Assembly (NCBI GenBank): GCA_951406725.2
Contig: OX597814.1
Span: forward strand, 53,196,001-53,260,000
Source: Octopus vulgaris
Taxonomy: Eukaryota
Direction of reading: 5' to 3'
DNA length: 64,000 nt
The position numbers were made by a program, and so were the translations under genes. The notes under the pieces are model-generated. The model did not search any database, was not told the DNA's origin, and worked only from the letters and a program-made list of their open reading frames with translations. Positions 29,146-42,740 of the stretch are shown here, piece after piece; position 1 is the stretch's first letter, and each line of letters starts with the position of its first letter.

Positions 29146-29789
29146 AATACGGATGCAAATATTTATGCAAAAAAAATTATTCACGAAAAAATAATTTGTG
29201 AAGATACTTATACATTATAACTTTCAAATTCACGCGCAAGCAGTTACATCCGTCGGTTCCGACGACCTGAGGGTTCCGGTATGAAAATCCGTGAAAATAA
29301 CAGAACAGCCTGCTCGTGAAAAATTTTCATACCGCTGAGCACTCCACAGACATGCGTGTACCCTTAACGTAGTTCTCGGGAAAGAAAACTATGAGCTGAC
29401 ACCATTCCAATAACAATGACAAGGCCGGCTACCTTGAAGTTGTGAAAGCTTTTTACTCACAAGCAAACATTCGAACGATCAGAAATGTTGTTTTTATGTC
29501 TGTGAAAGAGTACTTCAGGCACCACCATCCCCTGCTGCCGAGCCTCGTGGATGCATTATATGCACGTGCTTTTCGCACAATAAACTACTCACAATGCCCG
29601 GTCTGGTGACATCGAAAACCAGTAAACACGTAGTTGTGAAGAAGAAGTCTTACCATAAACCTACCATTGCGACCTCCACCCTGTAATAATTTAAATATTG
29701 ATAATAACGGAATCAATAAATTAAGCGATTGCAGGTCCCTAAAATGCATTAAATAGCTGAAGGATTACAATTAATCAATTAGGGCATAG

Positions 29790-31003
29790 TAAATATCTCA
29801 CCTGTACTGAAATTATTTAAATCGCCAAAATACACGGATAATAACTACAGAAAAATATGCCACGTTCTCCTGCCGTTGGAACATTTTTACTCTTTTCGAC
29901 TACTAAATTTCATGTTTTTCAGGTTTGACTTCAGATTCTGGAGCACCGCCTTTAGTCGAGCAAATTTTCGAACCCCGGGACTTATTAAAACACTTTGTGA
30001 AGCCCAGTACTTATTCTATCGGTCTCTTTTGCCGAACCGCTAAGAGGGAGACGTAAACACACCATTGCATCGGTTGTCAAGCAATGCTAGGGGGGATACA
30101 AACACACCGATAAACACACACACATACATATATATACGACGGGCTTCTTTGATTTCCGTCTACCAAACACACACACACACAGGCATTGCTCGCACACACA
30201 CACGAAGACACTTGCCCAAGATGCACACGCACACTGACACACACGGAACCATGTGGTTGTTTACGCAAGCTACTTACACACATGCACGCCCACACACGAC
30301 AGACATACACATACACACACGTGCATATACACTTGGACTCACGTGGACCGGTTTTTGCACTGACAAAAATACGCCTAAGCTTTCTCAGCACGCGTCACCA
30401 TGATCATATTTCTTTACTTACCCACAAGGGGCTAAGACATAGAGGGGTCGAGGACAACAAAGGGATTCAGTCGATCACATCGAACCAGAAACCCCATGTG
30501 GTTGCGAAGCAGACTGGTACTTTATTTATCGACCCCGAAAGGATGACAAGGTAAAGTCGACCTGGCGGAATTTGAACTCGTAGAGACTAACTCGTCGTAT
30601 TGAATTCTGCGCTTGAACAAATGATGAAACTAAAACCGAAATCATGGCGTAAATTAGGTTACTTCTTTGTAAGCCAAGAATTGATTTTTATGATGATGCA
30701 AGCTAATTTTATGTCGACAGAACGGCGAGTTTGAATGAAATTGAAGTCGATGGATTAGATTTTTCTCTGTCATGTTAAGTGATTGTTAAAGAAACGCAAA
30801 ATGCCAGTGCAGAAACCGGTCTATGTGAGTCAAAATACAGTTAAATGTACGTTGGGAGATTGTGTTAATCCATTTGCCTTCGGATGCTTGACTAAACATG
30901 TAGTTATTATCAGAGTAACATTTCCATTTAAATATGGTAGTTTTGACTATTATTTCCATCTGAGCTGAGGTAGACATACATGTTATATCCTTTGATTAAG
31001 ATT

Positions 31004-31052
<49 letters not shown>

Positions 31053-31062
31053 GAGCTATATA

Positions 31063-31102
<40 letters not shown>

Positions 31103-33760
31103 TATATATATATACATCTGTTATTTGATCTTCTGTGCAAGCTCTGTGAGCATGTATATATATATATCTAAGAAAGAGCATGACCCATGCTAAATGTCAT
31201 GTAAGAATTAAGGAGTATATACATTCAAAGGCATTAAGTATTGCAGGTGTATCGTGAAGGCTCAGTCCCGCTGGACCTATGTAAACCAGTAGTCTCAGTC
31301 TGACAAAAGACTGTGTAAGCAAATGTGTGTTAAGTAGAGACAATGTGTGTGTGTCCATCTGTGTGTGTATGTATACATACAAGAGGTGCATATATGAGGG
31401 TAGCTATATATATATATATATATATCACACATAGTGCCACTCATTACGAGGAGGCTTTTGAAAAAATAACCACGTATAATAGGTAGAACTATTCATGCGT
31501 GCGGACGCCATCGTATATATTATCTTTGTATAGTATATATATATATGTTACATGGTCACACATGAGGATCGTACGGACAAATTACGTAATCTGTTAATAG
31601 TGAAACATGTATGTGAAAAATCTATATTTTTGTTACTTTTCATTTGTCTTCCTCGCTTACGTTTTGGTGTTTGCTAAAGATTGTATCATATGTACGGGAA
31701 TATTTTTTGTTTAGACCGTGGGGAAAATAAGGGTTGTCCACATTGTTTTGAGTGCTTCCCCTATATCAAGTATATAATACAATTTACTGAACCTTCAGAA
31801 TTTATAAAGTATAAAGACCACTTCGGTGTTATGAATTGACCATGTTAATTGCACCTAGATTAAGTTACCCTCCTAGACACAAGTCCGGGCATTTTTTTGT
31901 GTAAGACCAGCAGTCGGTTGTGACATCACTGTGCATATCAGCCTGACCCTCTCCACGTCACCGATGTTGATCCAAGGGATAAGGCAAAGGGGCCGATACA
32001 GCTTTCACACAGTGACGTCGGAGCTAATTTCGGTATCACAAGAGTCATGTAACTGGAGCAACGTGCCGAAATAAAGTGCCTTGCTCAAGAACTGAAAACA
32101 CGGGAGTGTAGATTCGAGCTCATCAACCACACGAATCGTAAGCTCCGCTCTAACCACTGAGCCAGTGAGATCAAATATTAGTTGGTGGATTCCAATATCT
32201 TTCTTTCCAATGAGTAGCAAATGAGCGGCTATCTTTCCATACAGACATAACATAGGTTATACTCTCTCAGGTCTTTGGGATAAGGTTTTCACACACACAC
32301 ACACATATAGTATTAACACATTAATTACAGGAGATATCCACGGGTCCCCCTAGTATACATATATATAATCTTTGTATAGTATATATATATGTTATTTATA
32401 TATATATGCAATTCATACAAATCCTATATCCACATCACACCATGTATGTATAGAATTATGTATTATGTATGTATACTATACTATATATATAGTTCCATAT
32501 ATATATATATATATACACTATGTTTCATGAGGTGCGTTTAACGTTCACTAGAAATTGAATATTTCGAAAAAAACATGTCTTAACTGCAACCCCAATCACC
32601 AGGACTCTTCATAACATTTATTTCTTCATTATCGCTTTCGTTCGTTTCTCAATACTTGTCAAATAAAATTTTGTGAATGTACAAATATGCGTCGTGTGCA
32701 TTTATATAAAACAGTTGTTTATTGGTGGTTTTGCTTAGAAGAAAACATTGTGTTTGTTTTTGTTTGTGCAAAGAAAATTACATTGGCGAAACAAATTATC
32801 CCCGCTGCCAACGTGCAAGAATCCACAAGCAACATATCCGACAAGAGGAATTACACAAAATTCAATTAAGTAAGCATCAGGAAATATGCAGTGACGGAAA
32901 ATTCAAACATTTTCCCTTTTACAAATGTGCACGGGACGATCCGCAATATCAAAAAGCAATGGAACTACATTTCATCAAAAAATTCTCTTCAAAATTGAAT
33001 GTTAGAAAGAAAAGCAGAGACAGTACATTTTGTATTCTAAATATAACTCAAATATCGGAAACTTAATGCTCATCTCTGTAAATATTCAGGTGTATGTGTG
33101 TGGCATTGAGATGTTCTAAGCTTTGTTTTTCGAGTTTGTAAGTGTTAATGTTCTCTAATGCAAAAAACATGAAATTGAAAGAGGCGTGATTTTGTTTTTC
33201 AATGCAAAGCATCGAAGTTACACAGTTTAAACATGATGTTCCCAAACACACACATATGCGCGCGCACATACGCGCGCACAAACACAAACAAGCAAACACA
33301 CACACACACATGTCATCAAGGGATTCTCTCCAAAATTGAATGTTTTAAGGTAAAGCGGAGAATTTGCATTTTTTATTCCAAATGTGGCTCATCTCTACAA
33401 ATTTTCAGGTATATATATGTGTAGCACTGAGATGTTCTAGATTTGCGGAAGGACCGTTGTTAGACTCCCAGTTCGATAATAGTATGAGTGAGGAGTCTAA
33501 CGCTGGTCGTGTGTGACCGTTTATATGTTAAGTAAAATGAAACAACAAAGCCAAGGCAGTGTGAAATTTCAAACTGTTTCAGGGATATAAAGGATATACA
33601 TATACACACCATATATATGTATACACACACACACACACGCACATATATACCTATATATCTTTTATTTTTCTTTATTTTCTTTCTTTATTTTTTAATTTCT
33701 AATTTGTAGATATTATACTAATGCTTTTGCATGCAGAGCTATATTTCATAAAAAGAATTG
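29790..33760. repeat. Degraded duplicate of 33920-37576, probably an assembly artefact
   Basis: 32540-33760 is near-identical to 36380-37576; scrambled versions of two exons at ~29800-29940 and ~31915-32215; ends exactly at the N gap. Confidence 0.85.
32738..33003 (+). pseudogene. Penelope-like GIY-YIG endonuclease fragment (duplicate of 36550-36815)
   Basis: CKENYIGET..RARIHKQH..SKH..AMELHFIKKF..KLN. Confidence 0.7.
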
Positions 33761-33860
33761 NNNNNNNNNNNNNNNNNNNNNNNNNNNNNNNNNNNNNNNN
33801 NNNNNNNNNNNNNNNNNNNNNNNNNNNNNNNNNNNNNNNNNNNNNNNNNNNNNNNNNNNN
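33761..33860. other. Scaffold gap (100 N)
   Basis: Run of 100 n characters. Confidence 1.
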
Positions 33861-33930
33861 AAAAAAAAAAAAAAGACCGAAAAAAGAAAAAAGAAAAAAT
33901 TGTCAAAAAAATTAGCGAATAAAATCTCAC

Positions 33931-34147
33931 CTGTACTGAAATTATAACACATAGCAGCGTCACCTTCAGCCAAAATAAAAATATCTGGGTCAGAAAAATA
34001 TGCCACGTTCTCCTGCCGTTGGAACATTTTTATTTCGAAGAGCCTTGGACTAAATTTCATGTTTTTCAGTGCTTCAGATTCTGCAAGTTTAGTCTCATTT
34101 TCGAACCGGAATGTGTTAAAACACTTTGTAAAAATATTTCTCATCAT
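33931..34147 (-). CDS. Internal exon (217 bp, phase 0/1) of an FAD-dependent monooxygenase/oxidoreductase-like gene; contains the GD motif
   Basis: ttattccAG acceptor, G|GTGAGA donor; MMRNIFTKCF...IFILAEGDAAMCYNFSTG; in frame with exon 36095-35898. Confidence 0.85.
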
Positions 34148-35343
34148 CTGGAATAAATTTTCAATGAGGATAGAAAATTGCAGGATGTATTAGATACACT
34201 TTACCGATAAACATACAAAAATATATTTAAAAACTATGCCAAGGTATATTTGATTTGCATATTTAAAACACAACACACACACACACACGCACACACACAC
34301 GGACAAACACACGCACACACACACACGAACACGCGCTCACGCGCACACACACATGCACGCCCACACACGACAGACATACACATACACACACGTGCATATA
34401 CACTTGTGACTTTCTCCCTCTCTCTCTCTCTCACATACGTACTTATACGATGGACTCCCGAATAATCATACTTGAATAAATTCACTTACACGCAAGACAT
34501 TTGTCGGGTCGAGGCTACAGTAGTCTAAGGCTCAGTGAAACTGAACCAGAAACCATGTGGTTGCGAAGCAGACGTTTTAACCGAACAGCTACGTCAGAGC
34601 CTACACAAGGTATACTGAATGCTCGTACTATGTTATAATCATGTTGAACAAATATGAAACTAAAACCGATATGCAAATTAGGTTACTTCTTTGTAAGCCA
34701 AGAATGATTTTTATGATGATGCAAGCTAATTTTATGTCGACAGAACGGCGAGTTTGAATGAAATTGAAGTCGATGATTAGATTTTTCTTTTTCGTTTCCG
34801 GGTTGTGTTTATTAAAGAAACGCAAAATAACAAAAGTTTAAAGGAACAGTTTCAAGACATTGCGTTGAATAGAAATGAATATTCTACTTGACTAAACATG
34901 AGTCAATCACGAGTAACATTTCCAGCAAATCTGGTAGTAATTTTCAATATCTGAGCTGAGGAATGTGGAATAATTTTTAAGCCGAACTTCATAGCGAGAC
35001 GCAGATTTGTAATTAAATATTCGTCAAGTTTGAAATAAAATGTTATGAGCTTATTAACTAGGTAGCATTGAGCCGAAACCAGATACAGGAATATGAGTAT
35101 TATTGTACATCTGTTATTTGATCTTCTGTGCAAGCTCTGTGAGCATGTTAAGAAATCTAAGAAAAGGCATGACCCCTAAATGTCTTAAGAATTAAGGAGT
35201 ATAACATTCAGGCATTAAGTATTGCAGGTGTATCGTGAAGGCTCAGTCCCGCTGGACCTTGGAAACCAGTAGTCTCAGTCTGACAAAAGACTTGTAAGCA
35301 AATTTGTTAAGTAGAGACAATGCGGAAGTCCATCCTAAGGGTG

Positions 35344-35395
<52 letters not shown>

Positions 35396-35897
35396 TATGC
35401 GCGCCAAAACGAGGACTTTTGAAAAATAACCGCACGTATAATAGGTAGAACTATATACAAATCCCACCTCGTGCGGACGCCATCGTATATTGTTCTGCAA
35501 ATATATTCGTATAGACGGTCACACTGAGGATCTACGGACAAATTACGTAATCTGTTAATAGTGAAACATGTATGTGAAAAATCTATATTTTTGTTACTTT
35601 TCATTTGTCTTCCTCGCTTACGTTTTGGTGTTTGCTAAATTTTTCTTGAGAATATTTCTTAGGGGTTAGACCGTAGCGGGATCTACTTCTAGCATAAGGG
35701 TTGTCCACATGGTGGTCATCCCCCTCATTCGTATATAATACAATTTACTGAACCTTCAGAATTTTAATATACTAGACCACTGGTGTTAAATTGATGTTAA
35801 TTAAATTAATATCCAATTTCTCACCCTCATTTTTTTGTGTAAATTATTGAGTCGGTTGTGACATCACTGTACATGAGAATATATGGTGACTACTTAC

Positions 35898-36095
35898 CGA
35901 GCGATCCAGTATAACACGCAAAGCTTTCACACACTTGGACTCACATTTCGGTATCACAAGAGTCATGTAACGGTGCCTATTACTGCCGAAGAGTTTTAAA
36001 CTGAAACCGGGAGTGTAGGACTCATCAAGAGAATCAACTCCGTAGGAAGTGAGATCAAATATTAGTTGGTGGATTCTCTTTTCTGCCATTGGAAA
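35898..36095 (-). CDS. Internal exon (198 bp, phase 0/0) of the same gene
   Basis: attattcAG acceptor, G|GTAAGT donor; [15 protein letters not shown]...PGFSLKLFG...[10 protein letters not shown]. Confidence 0.85.
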
Positions 36096-36218
36096 CTGAA
36101 TAATAGAAACAAAATCAAAAATTACATCTCTCTCTCTCTCTCTTTCAAACACACACACACACACATATATATTAACACACATATACATATATATGCATAT
36201 ACATATAGATATATATAC

Positions 36219-36249
<31 letters not shown>

Positions 36250-36321
36250 CATATATACATATATATATATACATATACATGTATGTATGTATGTATGTAT
36301 GTATGTATGTATGTATGTATG

Positions 36322-36358
<37 letters not shown>

Positions 36359-36549
36359 GTGCAGAGTGTTAGGTGTGACGTACAGAAATTGAATATTTCG
36401 AAAAAAGTCGGCAGAAGTTTGGAAATAAATCTTTTTATTTCTTCATTATCGCTTTCGTTCGTTTCTCAAACTTGTCAAATAAAATTTTGTGAATGTACAA
36501 ATAGCTCGTTCATTTATATAAAACAGTTGTTTATTGGTGGTTTTGCTTA

Positions 36550-36815
36550 GAAGAAAACATTGTGTTTGTTTTTGTTTGTGCAAAGAAAATTACATTGGCG
36601 AAACAAATTATCCCCGCTGCCAACGTGCAAGAATCCACAAGCAACATATCCGACAAGAGGAATTACACAAAATTCAATTAAGTAAGCATCAGGAAATATG
36701 CAGTGACGGAAAATTCAAACATTTTCCCTTTTACAAATGTGCACGGGACGATCCGCAATATCAAAAAGCAATGGAACTACATTTCATCAAAAAATTCTCT
36801 TCAAAATTGAATGTT
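36550..36815 (+). pseudogene. Penelope-like GIY-YIG endonuclease fragment
   Basis: YIGET motif, conserved R..H, E and terminal LN; homologous to 63661-63965. Confidence 0.75.
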
Positions 36816-38160
36816 AGAAAGAAAAGCAGAGACAGTACATTTTGTATTCTAAATATAACTCAAATATCGGAAACTTAATGCTCATCTCTGTAAATATTCA
36901 GGTGTATGTGTGTGGCATTGAGATGTTCTAAGCTTTGTTTTTCGAGTTTGTAAGTGTTAATGTTCTCTAATACAAAAAACATGAAATTGAAAGAGGCGTG
37001 ATTTTGTTTTTCAATGCAAAGCATCGAAGTTACACAGTTTAAACATGATGTTCCCAAACACACACATATGCGCGCGCACATACGCGCGCACAAACACAAA
37101 CAAGCCACACACACACACACACACATGTCATCAAGGGATTCTCTCCAAAATTGAATGTTTTAAGGTAAAGCGGAGAATTTGCATTTTTTATTCCAAATGT
37201 GGCTCATCTCTACAAATTTTCAGGTATATATATGTGTAGCACTGAGATGTTCTAGATTTGCGGAAGGACCGTTGTTAGACTCCCAGTTCGATAATAGTAT
37301 GAGTGAGGAGTCTAACGCTGGTCGTGTGTGACCGTTTATATGTTAAGTAAAATGAAACAACAAAGCCAAGGCAGTGTGAAATTTCAAACTGTTTCAGGGA
37401 TATAAAGGATATACATATACACACCATATATATGTACACACACACACACACACGCACATATATACCTATATATCTTTTATTTTTCTTTATTTTCTTTCTT
37501 TATTTTTTAATTTCTAATTTGTAGATATTATACTAATGCTTTTGCATGCAGAGCTATATTTCATAAAAAGAATTGAATGAATGCTTGAAAGAAAAAAGGG
37601 GAGACAGTACATTTTGTATTCTAAATATAACTCAAAGAGGAGAAAAGGAAGAAAGAGGAAAAAAAGAAGGAAAGTGGAGAAAAGAGAAAAAGAGAAAAAA
37701 AGAGGGGAAGAGAGAAAGAAAGCAAAAAGACTTTCAGTGATGACCACACCATACCTGTTTTATTTTTTTTTTGAAGAGGTCACCATCCGTAAACCCATTG
37801 CAATACAATGGTAAATAACTAAATAAATAAATGAATGGTGAATAAGAAGGGGGTTCCCCTTGTCTCTCTCCCTCTTTCTCTCTATCTATCTATCTATCTA
37901 TCAGACTATCTACTTACCTATATTTCTATCTATCCATCTCCATTGTCATGGAACCTAATCCCCCCCCGCCAAAAAAAAACCTGTTCTCTTCTAACCCCAG
38001 CCCCACAAAAAACATCTGTTTTATATAAATGAACGAACTGTTTGTAGGTTCACAAAATTTTATTTGACAAGTTCGAGAAACGAATGAAAGCGTTAATAAT
38101 AATAATGAAGAAATAAAAAGATTTTTTCCAAAATTCTGCCGACTTTATTTCTCAGTATAA

Positions 38161-38264
<104 letters not shown>

Positions 38265-38406
38265 GTGCACACACACACATATATTTGCATATATATATAT
38301 ATATATATATACATACATCTCATATATATATATATATATATACATACATCTCATATATATATATATATATATACATACATCTCATATATATACACACATA
38401 TATACA

Positions 38407-38454
<48 letters not shown>

Positions 38455-39337
38455 GGCTAAGGATAATAATATGCAGTTTAATGCTGAAAAATTCCAGGCC
38501 CTGCGCTACCAGCTTCCAAAACTGAATATTAAACTTACAGGATACACCGGTCCACAGGGAATTTCAATCCCAGAGCCTAAGTCTGTGAGAGACCTGGGTA
38601 TCGACATGATTGATGATACCTCTTTCCAAGTGCACATTACCAGGATGACGACAAAGTGCAGACGACTGGCTGGATGGATCCTAAGAACATTCAGAACCAG
38701 AGATAAGGAAACCATGATGGTCCTCTGGCGGACATCCGTCCTCAGCCGCCTGGATTACTGCTCACAGCTATGGTCACCCACCAGTGTAAAATTAACAGCG
38801 GACCTTGAAGCAATCCAGAGAAGATTCACTAAGATCGTCTCTTTGGAACAGCTCAGCTACTGGGAAAGGTTGAAACAGCTAAGACTCTACTCCCTAGAGA
38901 GAAGACGGGAGAGGTATGCAGTAATATATGTCTGGAAGATCCTGGAAGGAATTGTGCCAAATTTTGGCATTGTAAGCTACACCAATGCTAGAACGGGACG
39001 ACACTGCATAGTGCCAAAGATCCCAGCAATGCCATCACGCTTTAGGACCAGCTTCTGCAACAGCCTGGGTTTCAAGGGCCCACAGCTTTTTAATATTCTC
39101 CCAAAGCGTCTGAGGAACTTGCACAAAGTAGATGTAGCAGTTTTTAAATCAAAGCTGGACATCTTCCTGTCGAGAGTCCCAGATGAACCTACCTCACGGC
39201 AAGAGGTGCAAATGAGAGTAGCTATGTCAAACTCCATTCTTCACCAAGTGCCACATATTAGAGGAGGTTCTTCGTAATAACAGTGTAGCACAAAACGGTA
39301 GTGTATCAGCATGGCCGCAGCTCTGAGCTGAAACAAG

Positions 39338-39340
<3 letters not shown>
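38455..39340 (+). mobile_element. 5'-truncated CR1/L2-like LINE (ORF2 C-terminus, ORF 38471-39277, plus 3' tail)
   Basis: [60 protein letters not shown]; tail CAGCATGGCCGCAGCTCTGAGCTGAAACAAG. Confidence 0.9.
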
Positions 39341-39376
<36 letters not shown>

Positions 39377-39691
39377 CACACGAGATGTTTTGGTATCCAG
39401 AAGACCAAAAATGCAGGTACAGCTATGTAAGTGCTACGGAAGGACCGTTGTTAGACTCCCAGTTCGATATTAGTATGAGTGAGGAGTCTAACGCTGGTTG
39501 TGTGTGACCGTGTATATGTTAAGTAAAATGAAACAACAAAGCCAAGGCAGTGTGAAATTTCAAACTGTTTCAGGGTTATAAAGGATATACATATACACAC
39601 CATATATATGTATACACACACACACGCATATATATATATATATGTAGTTATATATAGTTATATATATATATTTAAATATATATGTGTGTGC

Positions 39692-39763
<72 letters not shown>

Positions 39764-39938
39764 GTATTATTATTAATATCAGGAAATCAATATTAGAAAA
39801 TTCTTCAGAAAGATATATATGTGTGTAAAATAATTGTTGTATTAAAAATATAAATATATAAAAAAATATGTAAATATTTATAAGTATAAATAAATAATGT
39901 ATATGATAGTTTAAAAGTTTTGAATTAAGCTTTTAAAG

Positions 39939-40030
39939 TATCTTACGATCGTTTCGCCGAAGTGCAGTCCCTATAATGAAATCCTATATTGATAAGCATT
40001 TATAGATAACTCTTCTACTCTTCAGAGATA
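39939..40030 (-). ncRNA. Type I minimal hammerhead ribozyme
   Basis: UAUCU-CUGAAGA-GUAGAAG..CUUCGGC-GAA-ACGAUCGU-A-AGAUA: stem I UAUCU/AGAUA, palindromic stem III, GUA triplet. Confidence 0.7.
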
Positions 40031-40679
40031 TAAAATTTGAATTTTGCATAATATATCGAATGGTAGTTTTTTTTTAAAATTTGAAGTAATACTATAAAAT
40101 GGTGTTTGTTTCAAATATAAATTGAAAATTAAAAATTACTGCCTTTGATTTTTGCAAGTACACTTTAGTATGAGAGTCTTTAAATCCATATATACTTCGT
40201 TGGTTAGTCTTCTGTAATAATCCATTATAGTTATGTGTAAAATCCATTATATTGTCATGTATTCCACATATAGTTCATAGATAATATAGAATAATGGAAT
40301 CCTATATTGATAAGCATTTATAGACAGCTCTTCTTCTCTTCAGCAATATGAAATATGAAATTTGTTTAATTTTACGAATGGTAGTTTTTAAAAAAAATTA
40401 TGAATTAATATTGGAAAATGGTGTTTGTTTGAAATATAAATTAAAAATTACTGCTTTTGACTTTGGTGAGAATCTTGAAATTCATATATGCCACCTTGGT
40501 GATTCTTCTGTAGCAATCCATAGAAGAATCACCAAAGAGCCATGTATGAATTTCATACTTTTAAACTGTCATATACATTATATATTTATACTTATACATA
40601 TTTACATATATTTTTATATATATTTATATTTTTAATACAACAATTATCTATATATATATATATATGTATTTGTGTAGAC

Positions 40680-40717
<38 letters not shown>

Positions 40718-41063
40718 GCAGATACGGTAGGCTGGATAGAAAGCATTAAGTATGTGCTATTGTTAAAGTTAGATTTCCAGTGAATCCTCTTTTTTGTTCA
40801 GATGTTCAGATAATAGGATACTGTTCGTATCTACTCTTACTGGTTTATCTTACTATTCAATCTTAATTTAGAGTGAATCAATAAGGTTTACAGGCAGTCA
40901 AATTATGAATAATTTTTCTTACATTAAGCGTTAAATTTCAATGAGAAAGCTTTGTTTCTAATTTTAAAAATGAGTATTCTTTACTGAAGCAATTTAAGCG
41001 AAATACTTATAAAACGATTTAGTTTAAGAAATGTTTCTGAAAGCATGGTAACGTGGTTCAGCT

Positions 41064-41225
41064 GTAAAAAGCCATATCACATTGAAGACACCAGTTCTCA
41101 TCCGATCACCAAAGTTAAACAACGTCGAGTCTAGTTAGAACTTTGATAGCTGACTTAGGTAGCAGCATCTTTAGTAATGGTGTGCCCCAGATTAGCCATC
41201 ACTTCTGGTTGAAGCATGTAAGAAT
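41064..41225 (+). pseudogene. 5S rRNA-derived fragment fused to a LINE-type tail (SINE3-like)
   Basis: GCCATATCACATTGAAGACACCAGTTCTCATCCGATCACCAAAGTTAAACAACGTCGAGTCTAGTTAGAACTTTGATAGCTGAC resembles about the first 90 nt of invertebrate 5S rRNA; then AATGGTGTGCCCCAGATTAGCC..TGAAGCATGTAAGA. Confidence 0.75.
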
Positions 41226-41854
41226 ATGATTAAAGCGGAAATTCTTTAGAACACATTTTATCAGTGCAAGTGTCAACATCAAATACAATGATGCTACTCT
41301 ATGCGAATCTGATTACTTTGCCTAAATCTCATGGATATAGAAATATAGTTTTTGATTGAAGAGCTTCGTTCCTAAACCTTAGAAACGTTCGAAATGATGA
41401 AATTAATGAAAGAATGCGGCAGTCAACCTCGGTAGTTTTACTAGCTTCCAAGATAATATTAGCAAACCAGTGGGTTAATAAGGTAAAAGCTGACTTTATT
41501 TTAAGTTAGCTCTCAGCTTTAGAAGCTTCAATAAGAAATGGTTCTGAATATTAACGAGTAAAAGCTGAAACAAATAATATCAGAAGGACCTTGTGAACCA
41601 GGAATGTGATGCAGCCTCTTTAAAGGTAAATCACTAAAGAAAGATTCTGAAAGAAATCTTTTATAGTGCAAACAGAAAATGGGCAAACTAAAGCTATTTT
41701 GCCTTGAGTGACTCGAATATTTGAGACAACAAACACTATGGATAAAAATCGATAAAATCGGTGAAAGAATAAAATAGGTATAACATTGGTACCTTGATTT
41801 TCATAGGTGAATTAATGGAGTTATTATTATTTCGCAATAATAGTTCATTGATAA

Positions 41855-42038
41855 GGCGGAGAACTGGCTGAATCGTTTGCATGCTTAGCGGCATTTCGTT
41901 CGTCTTTACGTTCTGAGTTCAAATTCCGCTGAGGTCGAGCTTTGCCTTTCATCCTTTCGGGACCGGTAAAATAAGTACCAGTTGAGCACAGAGGTCAATA
42001 TAATTGACTTTGTTGGCCTTGTGCCAAAATTTGAAACT
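41855..42038 (+). mobile_element. SINE family B monomer
   Basis: Head, GAGTTCAAATTCC B-box, core and GTGCCAAAATTTGAAAC end. Confidence 0.8.
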
Positions 42039-42083
42039 AGTAATAGTTCATAGATTTACCTTCAAATTTCTACATTCCTATTA

Positions 42084-42114
<31 letters not shown>

Positions 42115-42383
42115 GTGTGTTTGAGTGTGTATGTACGTATATTGCAATATTAACGCAATAAGTATTTATGAGGACTCTTCTTCATTCAGTGTTGTCAATG
42201 TTTACATCTGTGCCTATATATATGCATATATATATATATATACAGATATATATATATATATATATATCGTAACAAATAATTGCCAACCAAGTGTGGTGTC
42301 CTATACGGCTAACGACACACATTCTGTGTCCGATTAGTATTTACGAGGGGAGGACATCGCTCTCATCCCCGGCCTTACGTGAC

Positions 42384-42430
42384 ACACACGGACTCGAGTA
42401 TCTTGGTGGTAACCCGTCCTCAGCGTGTGT
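42384..42430 (-). ncRNA. Hammerhead ribozyme copy 1 (core mutated GAAA>GAUA)
   Basis: ACACACG-CUGAGGA-CGGGUUACCACCAA-GAUA-CUCGAG-UC-CGUGUGU. Confidence 0.7.
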
Positions 42431-42740
42431 TAATCACCAGCTATTGATGAAAACTCACTCCACTCGTAAAATACTATATGCTTTTTCCAGTGACAAACCA
42501 TCGCTGATATCGAAAAAGGAGAAATAAGCTATATTAAATCTCTGAGCGAGATATAAACAGTAGCAATACGGAATCGTAACATATGATTGCCAACCAATTG
42601 TGGCGCCCTATATGGGACAGTGCTACTGATGTTTATAGCCCCAAGAAGACATCTCTTCCAACTGGCTAACGACACATATCGTGTGTCCGATTAGTATTTG
42701 CGAGGGGAAGTCATCGCTCCCATCTCTAGCCTTACTTCAT

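Noticed and set aside
29800-32215. Second copies of two monooxygenase exons, suggesting exon duplication or mutually exclusive splicing
   Set aside because: Copies are scrambled with SINE sequence and lie in the suspect duplicate next to the gap
41064-41155. Functional 5S rRNA gene
   Set aside because: 3' quarter missing, many substitutions, no tandem array or T-run terminator
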